This document shows, in pieces, positions 28,362 to 41,800 of a stretch of 64,000 nucleotides of DNA. Origin of the DNA: the human T2T-CHM13v2.0 reference genome, Homo sapiens; NCBI RefSeq assembly GCF_009914755.1, contig NC_060929.1; one strand, 5' to 3'. The notes beneath the pieces were generated by a model. It did no database searches, was not told where the DNA came from, and worked only from the letters and a program-made list of their open reading frames with translations. The translations under genes and the position numbers were made by a program. Position 1 is the stretch's first letter; every line of letters starts with the position of its first letter.

Positions 28362-29302
28362 TTGACAGATATTTATTTATTTTTAACTGACAGATAAAAA
28401 TATTTATTTTTAATTGACTTTGTTATTATACTTTAAGTTCTGGCATACATGTGCAGAACGTAAAGGTTTGTTACATAGGTATACATGTCCCATGGTTGTT
28501 TGCTGCACCCATCAACCCATCATCTACATTAGGTATTTCTCCTAATGCTATCCCTCCCCTAGTCCCTAACCCACAACAGGCCCTGGTGTGTGATGTTCCT
28601 CTCCCTGTGTCCATGTGTTCTCATTGTTCAATTACCGCTTATGAGTGAGAAGATGTGGTGTTTGGCTTTCTGTTCTTGCGTTAGTTTGCTGAGAATGAAG
28701 GTTTCCAGCTTCATCCATGTCCCTGCAAAGGACATGAACTCATCACTTTTTATGGCTGCACTCCATGGAGTACATGTGCCACATTTTCTTTATCCAATCT
28801 ATCACTGATGGGCATTTGGATTGGTTCCAAGTCTTTGCTATTGTGAACAGTGCCACAATAAACATATGTGTGCATGTGTCTTTATAGCAGAATGATTTAT
28901 AATCCTTTGGGTATACACCCAGTAATGGGATTACTGGGTCAAATGGTATTTCTCATTCTAGATCCTTGAGGAATCACCACACTGCCTTCCACAATTGTTG
29001 AACTAAATTACACTCCCACCAACAGTGTAAGAGCATTCCTGTTTCTCCAGATCCTCTCCAGCATCTGTTGTTTCCTGATTTTTAATGATTGCCATTTTAA
29101 CTGGTGTGAGATGGTAGCTCATTGTAGTTTTGATTTGCATTTCTCTAGTGACCAGTGATGATGAGCTTTTTTTCATGTGTTTGTTGGCTGCATGTCTTCT
29201 TTTGAGAAGTGTCTGTTCATATCCTTTGCCCACTTTTTGATGGTGTTGTTTGTTTTTTTTTCTTGTAAATTTGTTTAAGTTATTTGTAGATTCTGGATAT
29301 TA
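28362..29302 (-). mobile_element. 5'-truncated L1PA (L1PA7/8-like) 3' end
   Basis: ttattatactttaagttctggcatacatgtgcagaacg..ccatcaacccatcatctacattagg, with TSD gcagtaatttt (28351-28361, 29303-29313). Confidence 0.92.
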
Positions 29303-30760
29303 GCAGTAATTTTAAAGTGAAACATGAATTGCCTAATGAAATTTTTCAGGTTTAGAAGACAGATGATTCCCAGTTTTAGTAAAGAAAGATGAGTAAGGAC
29401 ATATTATAAAGGATGGAGCACATTTGAAATTAATCTTGTATATTTTTATGTCTGCAACCAAGATGAAAGAACTAAAGATACAATCTTTAAGTGTATCAAA
29501 CTGGTTGTGGGAATGTCAGTAGGTCAGGTAACCCCATTCAGAGCAATCTGATAAACAGAAAGCTTGGTGCTACAATGAAGCCACAATGGAGATAAATGAA
29601 ATTAACATGTCTTCATGGGTTATAAGCCCAGCAACACTGAGAAATAAAAAGCTTGGAGAAAAAGAAAAATGATATTACTGAAGTACAGCATCTAATGAAA
29701 GTTTCTTGGGGTATTTTCTTAGAAACTAACAAATGATTTACGGATATTTTCTGCTGGAGTCTTTCAACTAAAGGATCATTAATCTCCACAATTTTCACAT
29801 ATTGAAAGCTAAGAAAGGATTTCTTGTAAGAACAATAATATTGTTTTGCATTTTAGCTCAAGGCTGCAGACTTTGATGCGTTGCTTTCCTTTCACCTAAT
29901 TAACTTTTTCTCTTATTTCCCCAAGTTATTTTCATCAGCATTAGTTTCAGAAAACAGTGTAAAAGAAGGAAAAATGAACACAACAGAGTTGGAATGGCCT
30001 CTTGTCCCTGAGAGCAGGCACATGCCTGTGCTGTCAGTGTGCTGGAGGTACTGTTCAGAAAAACATAATTGTTGCTGACATTTCCATTGTGAAAAATGTG
30101 TATTACTCTATAGGTTATTGGGCAAATAGTCTGTTGTACTCAGGGTTATATTGCCTCAGAGAACCAAACATAAAACTAAACTTAAAACACAAATCAAAGT
30201 AGAAAAAGCTATAAAATGTGACATATTACATTTATGAATTTTATTAAAACATACATGATAAAAGAACTAAGTTGTTATTTTCAAGTTTCAGAAGGATGAG
30301 GTAAACTCTTCTCTATGTATCTTGCCATTTAACCAATAGCAGATTGCTTCTTAACTGCAATTGCTTATGATTAAATTAGGAAAATAATGCTTTGCATTTT
30401 TTAATTAAAAAATATGAATTTTAAGTGATTTCTTCTTGGATAAACCAAGTCATAGTATCTTCATGGTTTTGGTTTTAGTTCAGTATGACTCTGTAAGACT
30501 TTCATGTATATAAAATCACATTTGCAAAATGTTTCCAATAAAATTTTTCAAGTTCAGAAGACAAATGATTTCCAGCTTTCATAAAGAAACTTCTCACATT
30601 CAAGTGGATTTTTTTTCCAATTTCTACCAAATGAACAACTCACATAATTTTTAGAGCAAATGATAGGCATATGAAATACCCAACATAATAGGAAGTCATC
30701 TTTCAGATCTCAAATGAGAATTTATTTCTTTTGTGAGGTCTTCCCTTCACCATTCTAGGT

Positions 30761-31550
30761 TGTTGTGGGAAGTCAGGGACCCTGAACAGAGGGATCTGCT
30801 GAAGCCGTAACAGAACATAAATTGTGAAGATGTCATGGACATGTATTAGTTCCCCAGATTAATACTTTTATAATTTCTTAAGCCTGTCTTTACTACAATT
30901 TCTGAACATAAATTGTGAAAATTTCGTGGACATTTATCACTTCCCTAATCAATACTCTTGTGATTTCCTATGCCTGTCTTTACTTTAATCTCTTAATCCC
31001 ATCATCTTCGTAAGCTGAGGATGTATGTCGGCTCAGGACCCTGTGATGATTGTGTTAACTTCACAAATTGTTCCTAAAGCATGTGTGCTTAAACAATATG
31101 AAATCTGGGCACGTTGAAAAAAGAACAGGATAACAGCGATGTTCAGGGAACAAGGGAGATAACCATTAGGTCTGACTGCCTGGGAGCTGGGCAGAACAGA
31201 GTCATATTTCTCTTCTTACAAAAGCGAATAGGAGAAATATCGTTGAATTATTTTTCTCAGCAAGGAACAGCCCTGAGAAAGAGAATGCTTTCCTGGGGGG
31301 GGGTCTCCAAAATGGCTGCTCTGGGGATGTCTGTCTTACATGGTTGTATATAAGGGATGAAATAAGCCCCAGTCTCCCATAGCACCCCCAGGCCTATTAG
31401 GACGAGGAAATTCCTGCCTAGTAAATTTTAGTCAGACCAGTTGTCTGCTCTCAAACCCTGTCTCCTGAAAAGATGTTATCAATGACAATGCTTGCCCAGT
31501 GGGACATGAAACTTCATTAGCAATTTTAATTTCACCCTGGTCCTGTGATC
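30761..31550 (+). mobile_element. MER11 (HERV-K11/HML-8) LTR, 3'-truncated
   Basis: tgttgtgggaagtcagggaccctgaac..gaacataaattgtgaa, with that unit occurring twice (~30812 and ~30904). The match ends at ggtcctgtgatc. Confidence 0.88.
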
Positions 31551-31789
31551 ATACTTTCATAGATACACTGATGCATACTTTCATACATCAGGACATCTGG
31601 TAGATGGTGTGGCATGTACTGAAAGGAGAAAAATCTCAGGGTGGGGGTAGCTTTAGAAGAAAAGCAAAGAATCTTTTATCTCTGGTGATTTCTCTCTAGA
31701 AATTCCATTACCAAATATTTTATACATTTACTATTTCATCCTATTTTTTATTTGTTTTCTACCTTTTCTGCTTTCCTTCCTCTATCATA

Positions 31790-32180
31790 TGGACCACAAG
31801 TTTAGTGGTATAACATAACAAAAATTTATTATTTTTACAGTTCTGTAGCTCAGAAGTCCATAATGGGTCTCATTGGCCTGGATGCATTTATTTCTGGAGG
31901 CTCGAGAATCCATTTTCTTGTCTTTCCATTTTCTAGAGGCTGTTTATATTGCTTGACTTATGGCCCTTTTCCTTCTTTTGGGCTTTTGCATCACTGACAC
32001 TCACACCTCTCCCTCTCTGTTTTACATATAGCCATTAATAAAGAATAATATCTTTATTTAAGGTCAGCTAATTAGCAACCTTCATTCTCCATGCTACCCA
32101 AATTCCTCTTTGTTATGTAACATATGATATTCAATTAAGTTGTGTATATCTTGATAGTACCATTTTTTCTGCTTATTGCA
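31790..32180 (-). mobile_element. MLT1 LTR remnant
   Basis: ccacaagtttagtggta..aatttattatttttacagttctgtagctcagaagtcca..taaggtcagctaattagcaacctt. Confidence 0.7.
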
Positions 32181-33807
32181 CCCTCATTTCTAATTTGTTT
32201 ATAATTTCATGAGATGTTATCTTCTTCACATTATTACATTTTATTTGTTTTTACTTTTAACTTTACTCAGGATGTATAATCATGATAATTTCAGTTTTTT
32301 ATAGTTCCAATAATGTCAATTACTCAGCTTAATGACTTGTTCCATGCTGGACTAACCCATGGCTAAAGCAATATTTTTCGATAGTCTCTTCCTAAATGTG
32401 AATGGAGGCTCATGCCAGGATGTTCTTAAATTGTTTCTTAATGGTTTAAATGGAAGCTCATTTAAGATTGCTAAGAAGTATCTTGCCCTAGGACAGACTG
32501 AGTCCATAACAGTAAAACAAATCTGCTATAGAGTTGTTGTATTTCCCCAATGATGGGCAAAAGGATCTACAGACAGTCAAATAATTTATGATAAGAAGTG
32601 TACCCTTTAATCCTTTAGTCTTTGTAATGTGCACTCAGATTATTTCATTGAATTAATACTTTCCATAAATGTAAGCTGTTGACATATTTTACTTACTTGC
32701 AAAAACTAAAAGGCTTACTAGTGGTGATTTTTGTAAAACAAGCAGTAATGTGTGACAACACCAATTTAATTCAAATAAAAAGGAATACAAATGTTTATTT
32801 TAGTTTCAGATTTAAACCAAACCTATCCATCAAGTGTTGCTTCAGATGATGCTCTACTACTCATCTGAGTTTTATTCCTCTTTTTACTTGGGTTTAGAAC
32901 AAAAAATTAAGAGAATTATAGTTATCATTTCTCTAAATCATTAAGAATATAGGAGCATTCTGGAAAAGGGATATACATTTCAATATGAGGATCAAATAAA
33001 TAAGTTTAATTAAAGGGTCAAGTAATTAATCCAAAACTGCTAAATTTAAGGTAACTATATTTGGAATGGAGGATCTGCCTTCACTCTGCTTGTTTCAGAA
33101 ATAACTAAAAGATGACCCTCATCTTCAAATCAGTTATTGGGTACCATAATAACCAAATATCTTGTTTGCCCAAGAGTGTTCAAGAAAATTATATGGCCAC
33201 CCTCAATAATCCTTAATGAAAAGGGGTCAAAAACTAAATGCATACTTTACTTATTTTGATCCTATGCATCTGATCCAGTAAAGGATGTTATCATTTCAGA
33301 AGATTGAAAAATAAGTGAAGAATTATTATCAATGAATATATCCATAGTAACTATGTTCTCACCATCCAGTGCAGAGCTGAATTTGTAACTACTCAGTTCC
33401 AGGAACAAAGTCATAGTCCCTGCCCTCTCACCATACAATGTATATGCAATGTCATCCTAAACTGCTCGCTCCATTGGAAATGGAACAGAACCTGGAGGAT
33501 AGAAAATAGAAGATTCCAACCAAGTATTCTTACTTTTTATTCTCTACTACTCTCCAAAGTAGATAGAGATTTTCTACAGGAACTTAGATTTGTGATGAAA
33601 TCCTAATAGCTTCATAGACTGGAGCCTGAGGGAAATGTGATAGCCTAATTTAAAGTCTTCACATTCAGCCAAACGTGAGCACTCCATTAAGTCCCCATAG
33701 CCATAGTTTTGAATATAGCTGGGCTAGATGTCACCATTAGAACACATACAACTCTCCATGTATCACAATGCCCTATGAATAGATAAAGGTAAAGTAAATA
33801 TGAGAAC

Positions 33808-34251
33808 TGTTATGGGTTGAATTGTGTCCCCCCGAAATGCATGTTTAAACCCCAGTATCTCAGAATGTGAACTCACTTGGAAATGGCATCATAGCTGATA
33901 TAATTAGCTAAGATATCATCATCATAGAGTAGAGTGGACCCTTGATATTCAGTATGACTGCAGTCCTCATAAGAGGGAAATTTAGACACAGACACAGAGG
34001 GGAGAATGTCATGTGATGATAGAGGCAGAGACTAAAGTTCTGCAGTTGCACGCTAAGGAATGCCAAGGACTTCTGGCAAATCACCAGAAGCTAGGAAAGT
34101 GTAAGAAAAGATTTTTTGCTCCAAGGTTCATAGCCCCACTAACAACTAGATTTTGAATTTTTAGCCTCCTGAATTGTGAGACAGTAAATCTCTGTTGTTT
34201 TAAGCCACACGGTTTGTGTTACTTTGTTTGCAATCCCAGCAAACTAGTACA
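33808..34251 (+). mobile_element. MLT1B/C solo LTR
   Basis: tgttatgggttgaattgtgtcccc...aaactagtaca, with TSD agaac/agaat. Confidence 0.9.
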
Positions 34252-34454
34252 AGAATCCTTCTTTAAAATTTTCTGGGCATATAGATTAATCAAAAAAAGA
34301 CTAAAATTAAAGCAGAAAAACTTTTCTTTAATAGTCAAGTTTACATAATTCTATATACTATCTCCAGCCATCGCAAAAATAACTCTTTATAAAAACACAA
34401 GAACCAGATATAATAAAAAATGTAAATAATGCTGCTTTTTTGACCTAAAATTTT

Positions 34455-35085
34455 ACTGTGTATAATCTGCAAACCATCTGCAAAGTATAGGTGTCTCCCA
34501 AAGAGTCCTTACTTCTGGCACAACTGCAAATTTGATGTTCCCCCAGACCACCCTCAGGTTTAGTAATTTGCTAGATTGACTCACATTATTCAATGAAAAC
34601 TGTTTTACTCAAAGTTACAGTTTATTACCTTGACATGATATGTATTAAAATCAGAAAAGCAAGAAGCATGTGGGGTGGGAACCAGAAGGTTTCCCAGTGT
34701 GGAGCTTCACATTGTCTTCTCCCAGTGAGGTTGTACACACAGAATTTACTTCTCTCAGAAACTATGTGAGACAATACGCATCATAGAATGTTGCCAACCG
34801 GGGATGATCACCTGGCGCCAGAGATTTTGTTGGTTATGTCACATAGACATGGTTGACTGCTCACATGGCTGACATTAGTTTCAAGGCCCTCCAGAGGTTC
34901 CAGCCTCTCCAAGGCCCCACCATAAATTACACTGTTTGCACAGACCACATGGCATGGGCCAAGACCCCCTGGTAAAAAGAGTTATTCATTACAGGCAGGA
35001 TTTTATGAAGATTTTGAGATTAGGCCTCCCAGAGGCTGAGGGCAAAATGCCAAACCTTTTGTCAAGGTTAAACCCTTACTGCACA
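34455..35085 (-). mobile_element. MER21C-like LTR
   Basis: cccccagaccaccctcaggtttagtaatttgctag...ggcaaaatgccaaacctttt..ggttaaacccttactgcaca. Confidence 0.7.
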
Positions 35086-35269
35086 ACATCATATATTTGA
35101 ATTCTTAAAACGCACTATGCTACATTGCTGCCTGGGAGGAACTGCTCTTTCTTTTTAATTAATCCTTATTGATCTTTCAGGTCTATGTCACTCTTGGAGA
35201 TGTTTTTCCTAACCTAATTAGGTTTAGGTTAATTAGAATTAATTTAGAGGTTAGATCAGACTTTACTTA

Positions 35270-35685
35270 GTGCTTCAATGATATCATCAACCCATTCTGT
35301 CTTCTTCACTCTCTTCAAACTGTTGGCTTATCATCTTTGTCTTTCATTATCACAAAAAGGTGGTTGCCACAGTTACACATAACATCTTCATACTCCAGCA
35401 ACCTAGCAGAAAGAAAGGGTTGGAGCAATACATTCTCCTTGAGAGGGTACGATTATTCATCAAAGAAACAATGCTTCACAAAAGTCTCCTTGCCCATAAC
35501 TGGGTTACATGGCTGCTTATAGCTGCAAGGGAAGTAGGAAAAGTATGTAGCCACCAAAGAGGAGTGGGGTTATTATGACTCCAGGAAAACATTCCCTGGG
35601 GATGCCTCAAATGACATTGGCCCTCTGTTAGCAATAGAATTAGAGACAAGAGCTCCTGGAAGGGTGCTTATTGTAACTGTCACAT
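35270..35685 (-). mobile_element. Old MLT1 LTR remnant
   Basis: ggtggttgccacag..aactgggttacatggctgcttatagctgcaagggaagtaggaaa. Confidence 0.5.
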
Positions 35686-35839
35686 ACATTTTTTCACTTA
35701 GCTCAGAGGTGAATACTCGGTTAGTCTTCAGCAAATAGTCAATGTATGAATAAATGGAAGGATTAGGTTATAAAGGAAAGAGAGCCAACTTTGGCATCTT
35801 TATTAATATAACAACTCTTCCTCTTTTTTCTTATTAATT

Positions 35840-35970
35840 TTAATGATTTCGGTCGAATTGCTTAATTTGAGCCTAATTTAGCTTCATCTGTAAAATGGTA
35901 ATATTCCTTTGGAGGATAGCAAGGGTTGAAAGATAATACTGATGTGTGAAAGTGTTGTTTACATATTTGG
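35840..35970 (+). mobile_element. MIR fragment
   Basis: gcttaatttgagcctaatttagcttcatctgtaaaatgg. Confidence 0.5.
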
Positions 35971-38399
35971 TATATACTTGATATTTTACAATAAGAAGAA
36001 AAATGTAGAACTTATGCTTTTCAATGTATAGCAGTTAAATAAGCAGTATACAAACAAACACGCCTGGGCAGGCCCTGTGTGCTCTCTGTTTACGAGTTAG
36101 TTTGCTTTCTGGTGTACACTGATAGGAACAGCCAATCCCACACTAAGATCAAAGCTGCAGGTGCTGGCAGGCAGGTGCTACACTCACCATCTGGAACTTC
36201 ATTCCTGTTTTAGCTCTTCCTGTCCTTGAACTCATTTAGGTTTAGTAAATCCACTCAGACTATTCCATTTAAAAAATACATTAAATTGATGATAGAAAAA
36301 TAGGGCAGAGCATAGCTAAATTTTGTCCCACTCACACTGTTGCCACTTTTAATTTTGTCTTCTTTTCATCCAAGATAAACATCTATTCAGAACCATCTTT
36401 GGTTAATGTACATGCAGCATTGTTCTGGGCTAATAATGGCTGATTTTCTCAGGAAAACTATTGTATTCAAAATATAAAGGAACTTGACAAAAGTGCTTTA
36501 TAAAATATTAGATATAATGTTAGCAATTACTCAGTGTGGTGGGCCATAGCCAAACTGTTGCTTGCAAAGCCCTTACCTTAGAAACTTGTGTATGTGAGAA
36601 ATCCTATGTAATGTGCAAGAGTTTATGTTAAGTTGAAAAATTACAAAACATGTGGCATGGTTATAAATCTAACACCAAGAACACAGAAATGAGGTCTCTG
36701 GAACATGGTTTCACTGTTATGGAGAGCCATATGATCTAGCTTACTGGATAAAAGTACTCAGGACAAGCTGATTCCATTTTCCTGACAGGGTATGATGCCC
36801 ACACTGTATTGTCCTAAGGCCCATAAAACTAGATGTACTGAAGAAGTTAAAGAAGTCACAGAAGAGTTTTTACTACTAAGTATTAAAACTTTTGGCCTAT
36901 CTTCCTGTATTTAGTATTTTACTTTAAATAACTAAATGTTTGCTGTCATGGTGAATACAAGTCGAAACACCTGATTCTTGCTGAGTCATTAATCCCCTGA
37001 AAGTTACTAGGCAGATAATAAAAACTACCTTTATTATAATCACAGTAACAAAACACAGACTCCCAGCTCATATTCAAATGCTTTGAAAACAAATTTTCTC
37101 TGAAATCATACAATGTTTTCATTTACACAAAATCCTTCTTCTCATAAGCCTGTTGTGTAAACCTGATGCCCTTATAATCACACGCTGAGCATTTGAAGTA
37201 TTCAGATAAAGAACATTATGGAATTGCAAATCCAAAACAAGTATTACTTTTTGCTTTTAGAGAGGGAGAAAATGTTATTTCTCTTTAATGTAACTTCCAA
37301 TTAGATTCCTGATGCTATTATAATGTATTTCTAGAAAAAGTCTTAACTTTGGTAAATTTTAAAAATCTTAGTCTGGCATAATATAAAATATACTTTTAGA
37401 GAAAGCCATGTTTACTGTTATGGATCTCAAATAAATAATAAATCAGAAGAGAAATTACTCTTTATTATATATTCTATGTACATTAAGCTCTGTAAAATGT
37501 ACATTGGAGCATAAAGCGAATTTTAGTACTGAATGCTGTATTAGAAAAAAACAGGTAAATTGCATTGTATGCAGTTTCTCTTTTTATTAAAAATTTCCTT
37601 TAAAAATTTTCTTAAATAAACTTTTATAGCTAGGTTGATGCCAGTGCAATCCTACAAGCATCCTGAGCACTCTACACACCACAAAACTTTCTTTCAATCT
37701 CAGAAATGGCAGAAATATAAGTTGCAAACTGTGTTACTAATCTGATTCTTAGAATACTGTGCCTTTTGTGCAATAAATGAAAACAATTTTATAAAGTGCA
37801 TTTTGCAAAAATATATTTCCTCAAGATTCTCAAAGTAGAACACAATTCTGTGGTTCATTAATACCTTTGAAGATTCAACAAATATTAAATTATTAAAGCT
37901 TCAATAAACTCTGAAACAAAATATAAAAATTGAAGTTAGTTTAACTTACAGTTTTCCATCTTTAATTTATCCTAGAAACCTTGTTCTCTACCTCAAGTTT
38001 AATACTATTCAGCATAATTAAGGTTTCCTAGAATCTTTTCAGAAAAACTAAAGCAAGGTGAATATTAATGAAACTAAAGTTCAAACCAGTTTTATACGCC
38101 TGGCAGAACATCAGATAAAAATCCTGTAAGGCTCTATGGGGTAAAGTGTGCTGTATAAGTGTGTCCCTATTTCTGACAGGAAGAAAGATCAGGAACATGA
38201 AACCTCTCACTAGTTGTGAGATACTGTGAAAACTTCAGCAAGCTATTTTACTGCATTTGTTTAATTTTGTCTTAAAAGATAGTTACTAACTTATTGTTGA
38301 GTTCTTTAGTTGTTTTGATATCTATAATATAATGAAGGTGTAAACTCCTGACATACTCTGTTTTATTATATTATATATTTTGCTAATTTTATGTGATTT

Positions 38400-38853
38400 T
38401 GAAACTCAGTCAATTGTCCCATAGAACTAATGTTTATGGTTTAATAAAAAAAGTAGAAATTAATCTTCCAGTCTTAAGGCTTGAAATATACATTTGTTTT
38501 ACATGAGTTCCTTTCACAGGAAACCAACCTCAGCCTTCCCTGATACTATCAAGGAACTGAAACTTCTTGTAATTCCTGTTTTCCTAACTGACCACTGGCT
38601 TCCTGTTGATCAATTCTTCTTCCTTATTCCTCCCTAAATTTTGTTTTCCCACAGGTAGCTACATTCCTTCCCTGTTATATACTCCCAGTTTTAGTCAGTT
38701 AATGAGATAGATTTGAGACTGATCTCCCATCTCTTCAGCTGCAGCACCCAAATAAAGCCTTCTTCCCTGGAAATACACATTGTCTCAGGAATTGGCTTTC
38801 TGTGATGTGAGCAACGGGACTTAGACTGAACCCCTGATGTTTTGGTAAAAACA
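38400..38853 (+). mobile_element. Solo LTR (LTR47-like)
   Basis: tgaaactcagtcaattgtcccatagaactaatgtttatgg...aataaagccttcttccctgg..ttggctttctgtg..gaacccctgatgttttggtaa. Family assignment is from memory. Confidence 0.65.
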
Positions 38854-41800
38854 AATTATGGCATCTATGATATTGATGCTATAGTATTAATTTATTAGAA
38901 TCTTTGATATGGCTCCACGTATTCTTACAGTTTTTATTAACATTAACAAGCAATATAAATATCTTAAAATGTTACCTTTATTATGTATTTTCTCACAAGT
39001 GCCACATACCCTGAATATTCTCAACCAGGCAATAACAAAAACTTAAATAGCCTACTTACATAATTTATTTTAATCATACAGCAATATTTTAAAAATATAT
39101 ACTTAGGAAAATTCTGTATGATTCATCATTAGTAAATTTTAAGGTATTTGTCTTTTGTGAGTGTCATCATGGACTTAGGCCCTTATAAAGAATCAACTTG
39201 ATACAACTGACTGAAATTATTATTTCTTTTCATGAGGCTCAAATTATTATTATTAGGTTGACAGGGACTCTGATAGTCTGACATCCTCATTCTTATTGGT
39301 AGTATCTTAGACATATTTGAAATTATCTTTTCATTCTTTCAGTAATGAGAAATCCCTGGATTATCTTGACTTCTTTTGTCTGAAGCATTAATTTTGCTGT
39401 CTCATAGTAAGGACAATATTAGAGGTAAAAATTTGAGTGCTATGGTTTGTTGAAAACTCCTATCTAAGTACAGGTGACAGGCAGAGGGACATTAGAAGTT
39501 TCAGAATTTCTTTTGTGTCTCATAAAAACATTATTTTATATCATGTTATATTTCATATCTCTAATTTAATTTTAAATTTATATACTTATTACACCATCCT
39601 GCTATAAACTTCATTTAATGCATTTTCCATTTTGTTGAGCTATCTACTTTAAAAAATTAACTTTTTATATCATGTTACCTATTTATCTAGAACTCATTTT
39701 TCTAAATATAAAATAATACTAATTAAGTAATTGTTCTTTTTTTTAATTTGTATCACTCAAAGATTTATATGATTACATAGCCAACATGTAGCAATTTTTC
39801 AAATTGCTATGGGCTATTTGACATTGAAAATAACTCACAATGCAATTATTTACTAACTTAAAAAACATAATTTGTGTAGATGAGTGGCACAATGTAGTTT
39901 CAGTCTAACTATGGTATTAGAGTTAGGCCTAGTGTTAAAATAAGTAGCATTTTAAGTTCAGTTAGGCAGGATTCCAGGGGCACTTAACAAGGTGCAGACT
40001 TGAGGCAGCTCCTGCCCATAGTTGTAATGTGTATGTAATGTGTAAGTTGTAATGTGTAATTGGTTGGATATAACCGGAAGTATAAGCATAAGGAAATGAT
40101 ATTAATGATCATACTGAATGATCCAAAATTTCTTCTTCAATTATAATGTCTCTAGAACAAGAAGATAAAAATTCTGGAAAATGGGTGAGAAAACTGATGT
40201 TATATAAAGAACAAAGAATTTGGAGGCACATGAAATGGGCCTTAGAATACATCCCAGGCTTGTTTCCAGTTGGCCTTTGATAAAGTGCATATTTGAAATC
40301 CTGAAAAATGTCATCACAGACTGGACATGAAGAAACTAGAGAAGAACCACACTGTGGTCTTTCTTTGGCAGGCACGATGATGTGAATAATGAGGACTTTC
40401 CTTTGTGAATACTAATGGGAAAGAATGGTCAACATGTAAGTAAATAAATGAAATACATTTGATAACTACTATTAAAGTGAAAAATAGGTGCTAAAAACAC
40501 ACACAGATACACAGAAACAGGAAGATAAATATCAACTTAAATTTAGACAAAAATCCATGGCACTCTGATATATACAGACCCAATTAAACTAAAATCATGA
40601 TCAAATATCCTATAATGTTAGACGAAGATGAAAGATTTTATTTTACTAATAAATACTTAACTTGGATAATATTCATTATTGCTATGATTAGACTAATTTG
40701 AATATTGCTAAAACTCATAAATTCATACAGTGATAATGTGTTGAATTTATGTAATAGTTTGAAATTGCATATTTTACAAATAGATAATCATCAAGCTTTT
40801 TCAAATGCATAATGTTATTAAAAGTAAACTATTAAATCTCTTGTATATGAATGCAACTTTTTCTACAACTATATGAACTCACTGACAGTTTTGTTTGTTT
40901 CCAATTGCTTCTTATGTTGATAAATTATTCCTAAAATAGAATTTTCTTAGGTCATGGGTCTTTTCCTCATGAAATGATTTGAAATTTTTATACAATATTA
41001 AAGATTGTTTTTGATTAGTTAGCTTCTAGTTGTGTTAGCATTAAATTTTTTTCAAAGGAGAGATATTTTAAAACTTGATTATCTTTCCTATAAAGTCTCT
41101 GTGAGTAATGAAAACTGGTACCCAGTTTTATTTCAAAGCAAAATTTTTCATTTCCAATATTACAGCCTATATTGATTTAGAAAAAAAAAGTACTTTGAGT
41201 TAAGTGAAAACAGGCAGATAATATCTAATTACATTTATTTAGATATTATTTAGATAATATCTAGATACAGACAAGATTTTGGCACTTTACTTTTATTTGG
41301 AGAAAAATGTGTCATTCCAGGAAAGCTTTAATAATGGAATAACGTATTATGCGAAATCAGAAAAGGCTGGCAAGAAAATAATACGCCAAAAATAGTATTT
41401 TTATAGTGACCTGACTACGAAATAACAGACATTTTCCTGAGAAGAAAAGCTAGCTCCAAGATGATGTAATCACGCTTTTGAATAAAACGCCAGATATATT
41501 TAAAGGGGAAAGTAATACATTTGTAATAAAGTAAAAATCTGATCTTTCCATTTGAGAGGGAAAAGAACACAGTGCAGTGAGGCTGGGAGGCCATCCTAAC
41601 TAGTTGTATTCAGATTTATTCAGATCTAAATTTCGAAAATGAAAGGTAATTCAGGGAATGGTTTTCACCATCACTTTGCAAGATGTAATTTATATAATGT
41701 GCTAGATATCAAAAGTTAACGGTATGTTGATCTTATCCTCTTCAGTGTTAATTTGTATTAGTTGAGTGGCTAGGTTTGCTCCTAGAAGACGTTTATTTCC

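Noticed and set aside
36760-36900. Possible CR1/L3 remnant
   Set aside because: Similarity is too weak to call by eye.
40146-40330. Faint resemblance of plus-strand frames (KWVRK.., LRIHP) to a Harbinger-type transposase N-terminus
   Set aside because: Only a few residues match, across different frames; not supportable without a search.
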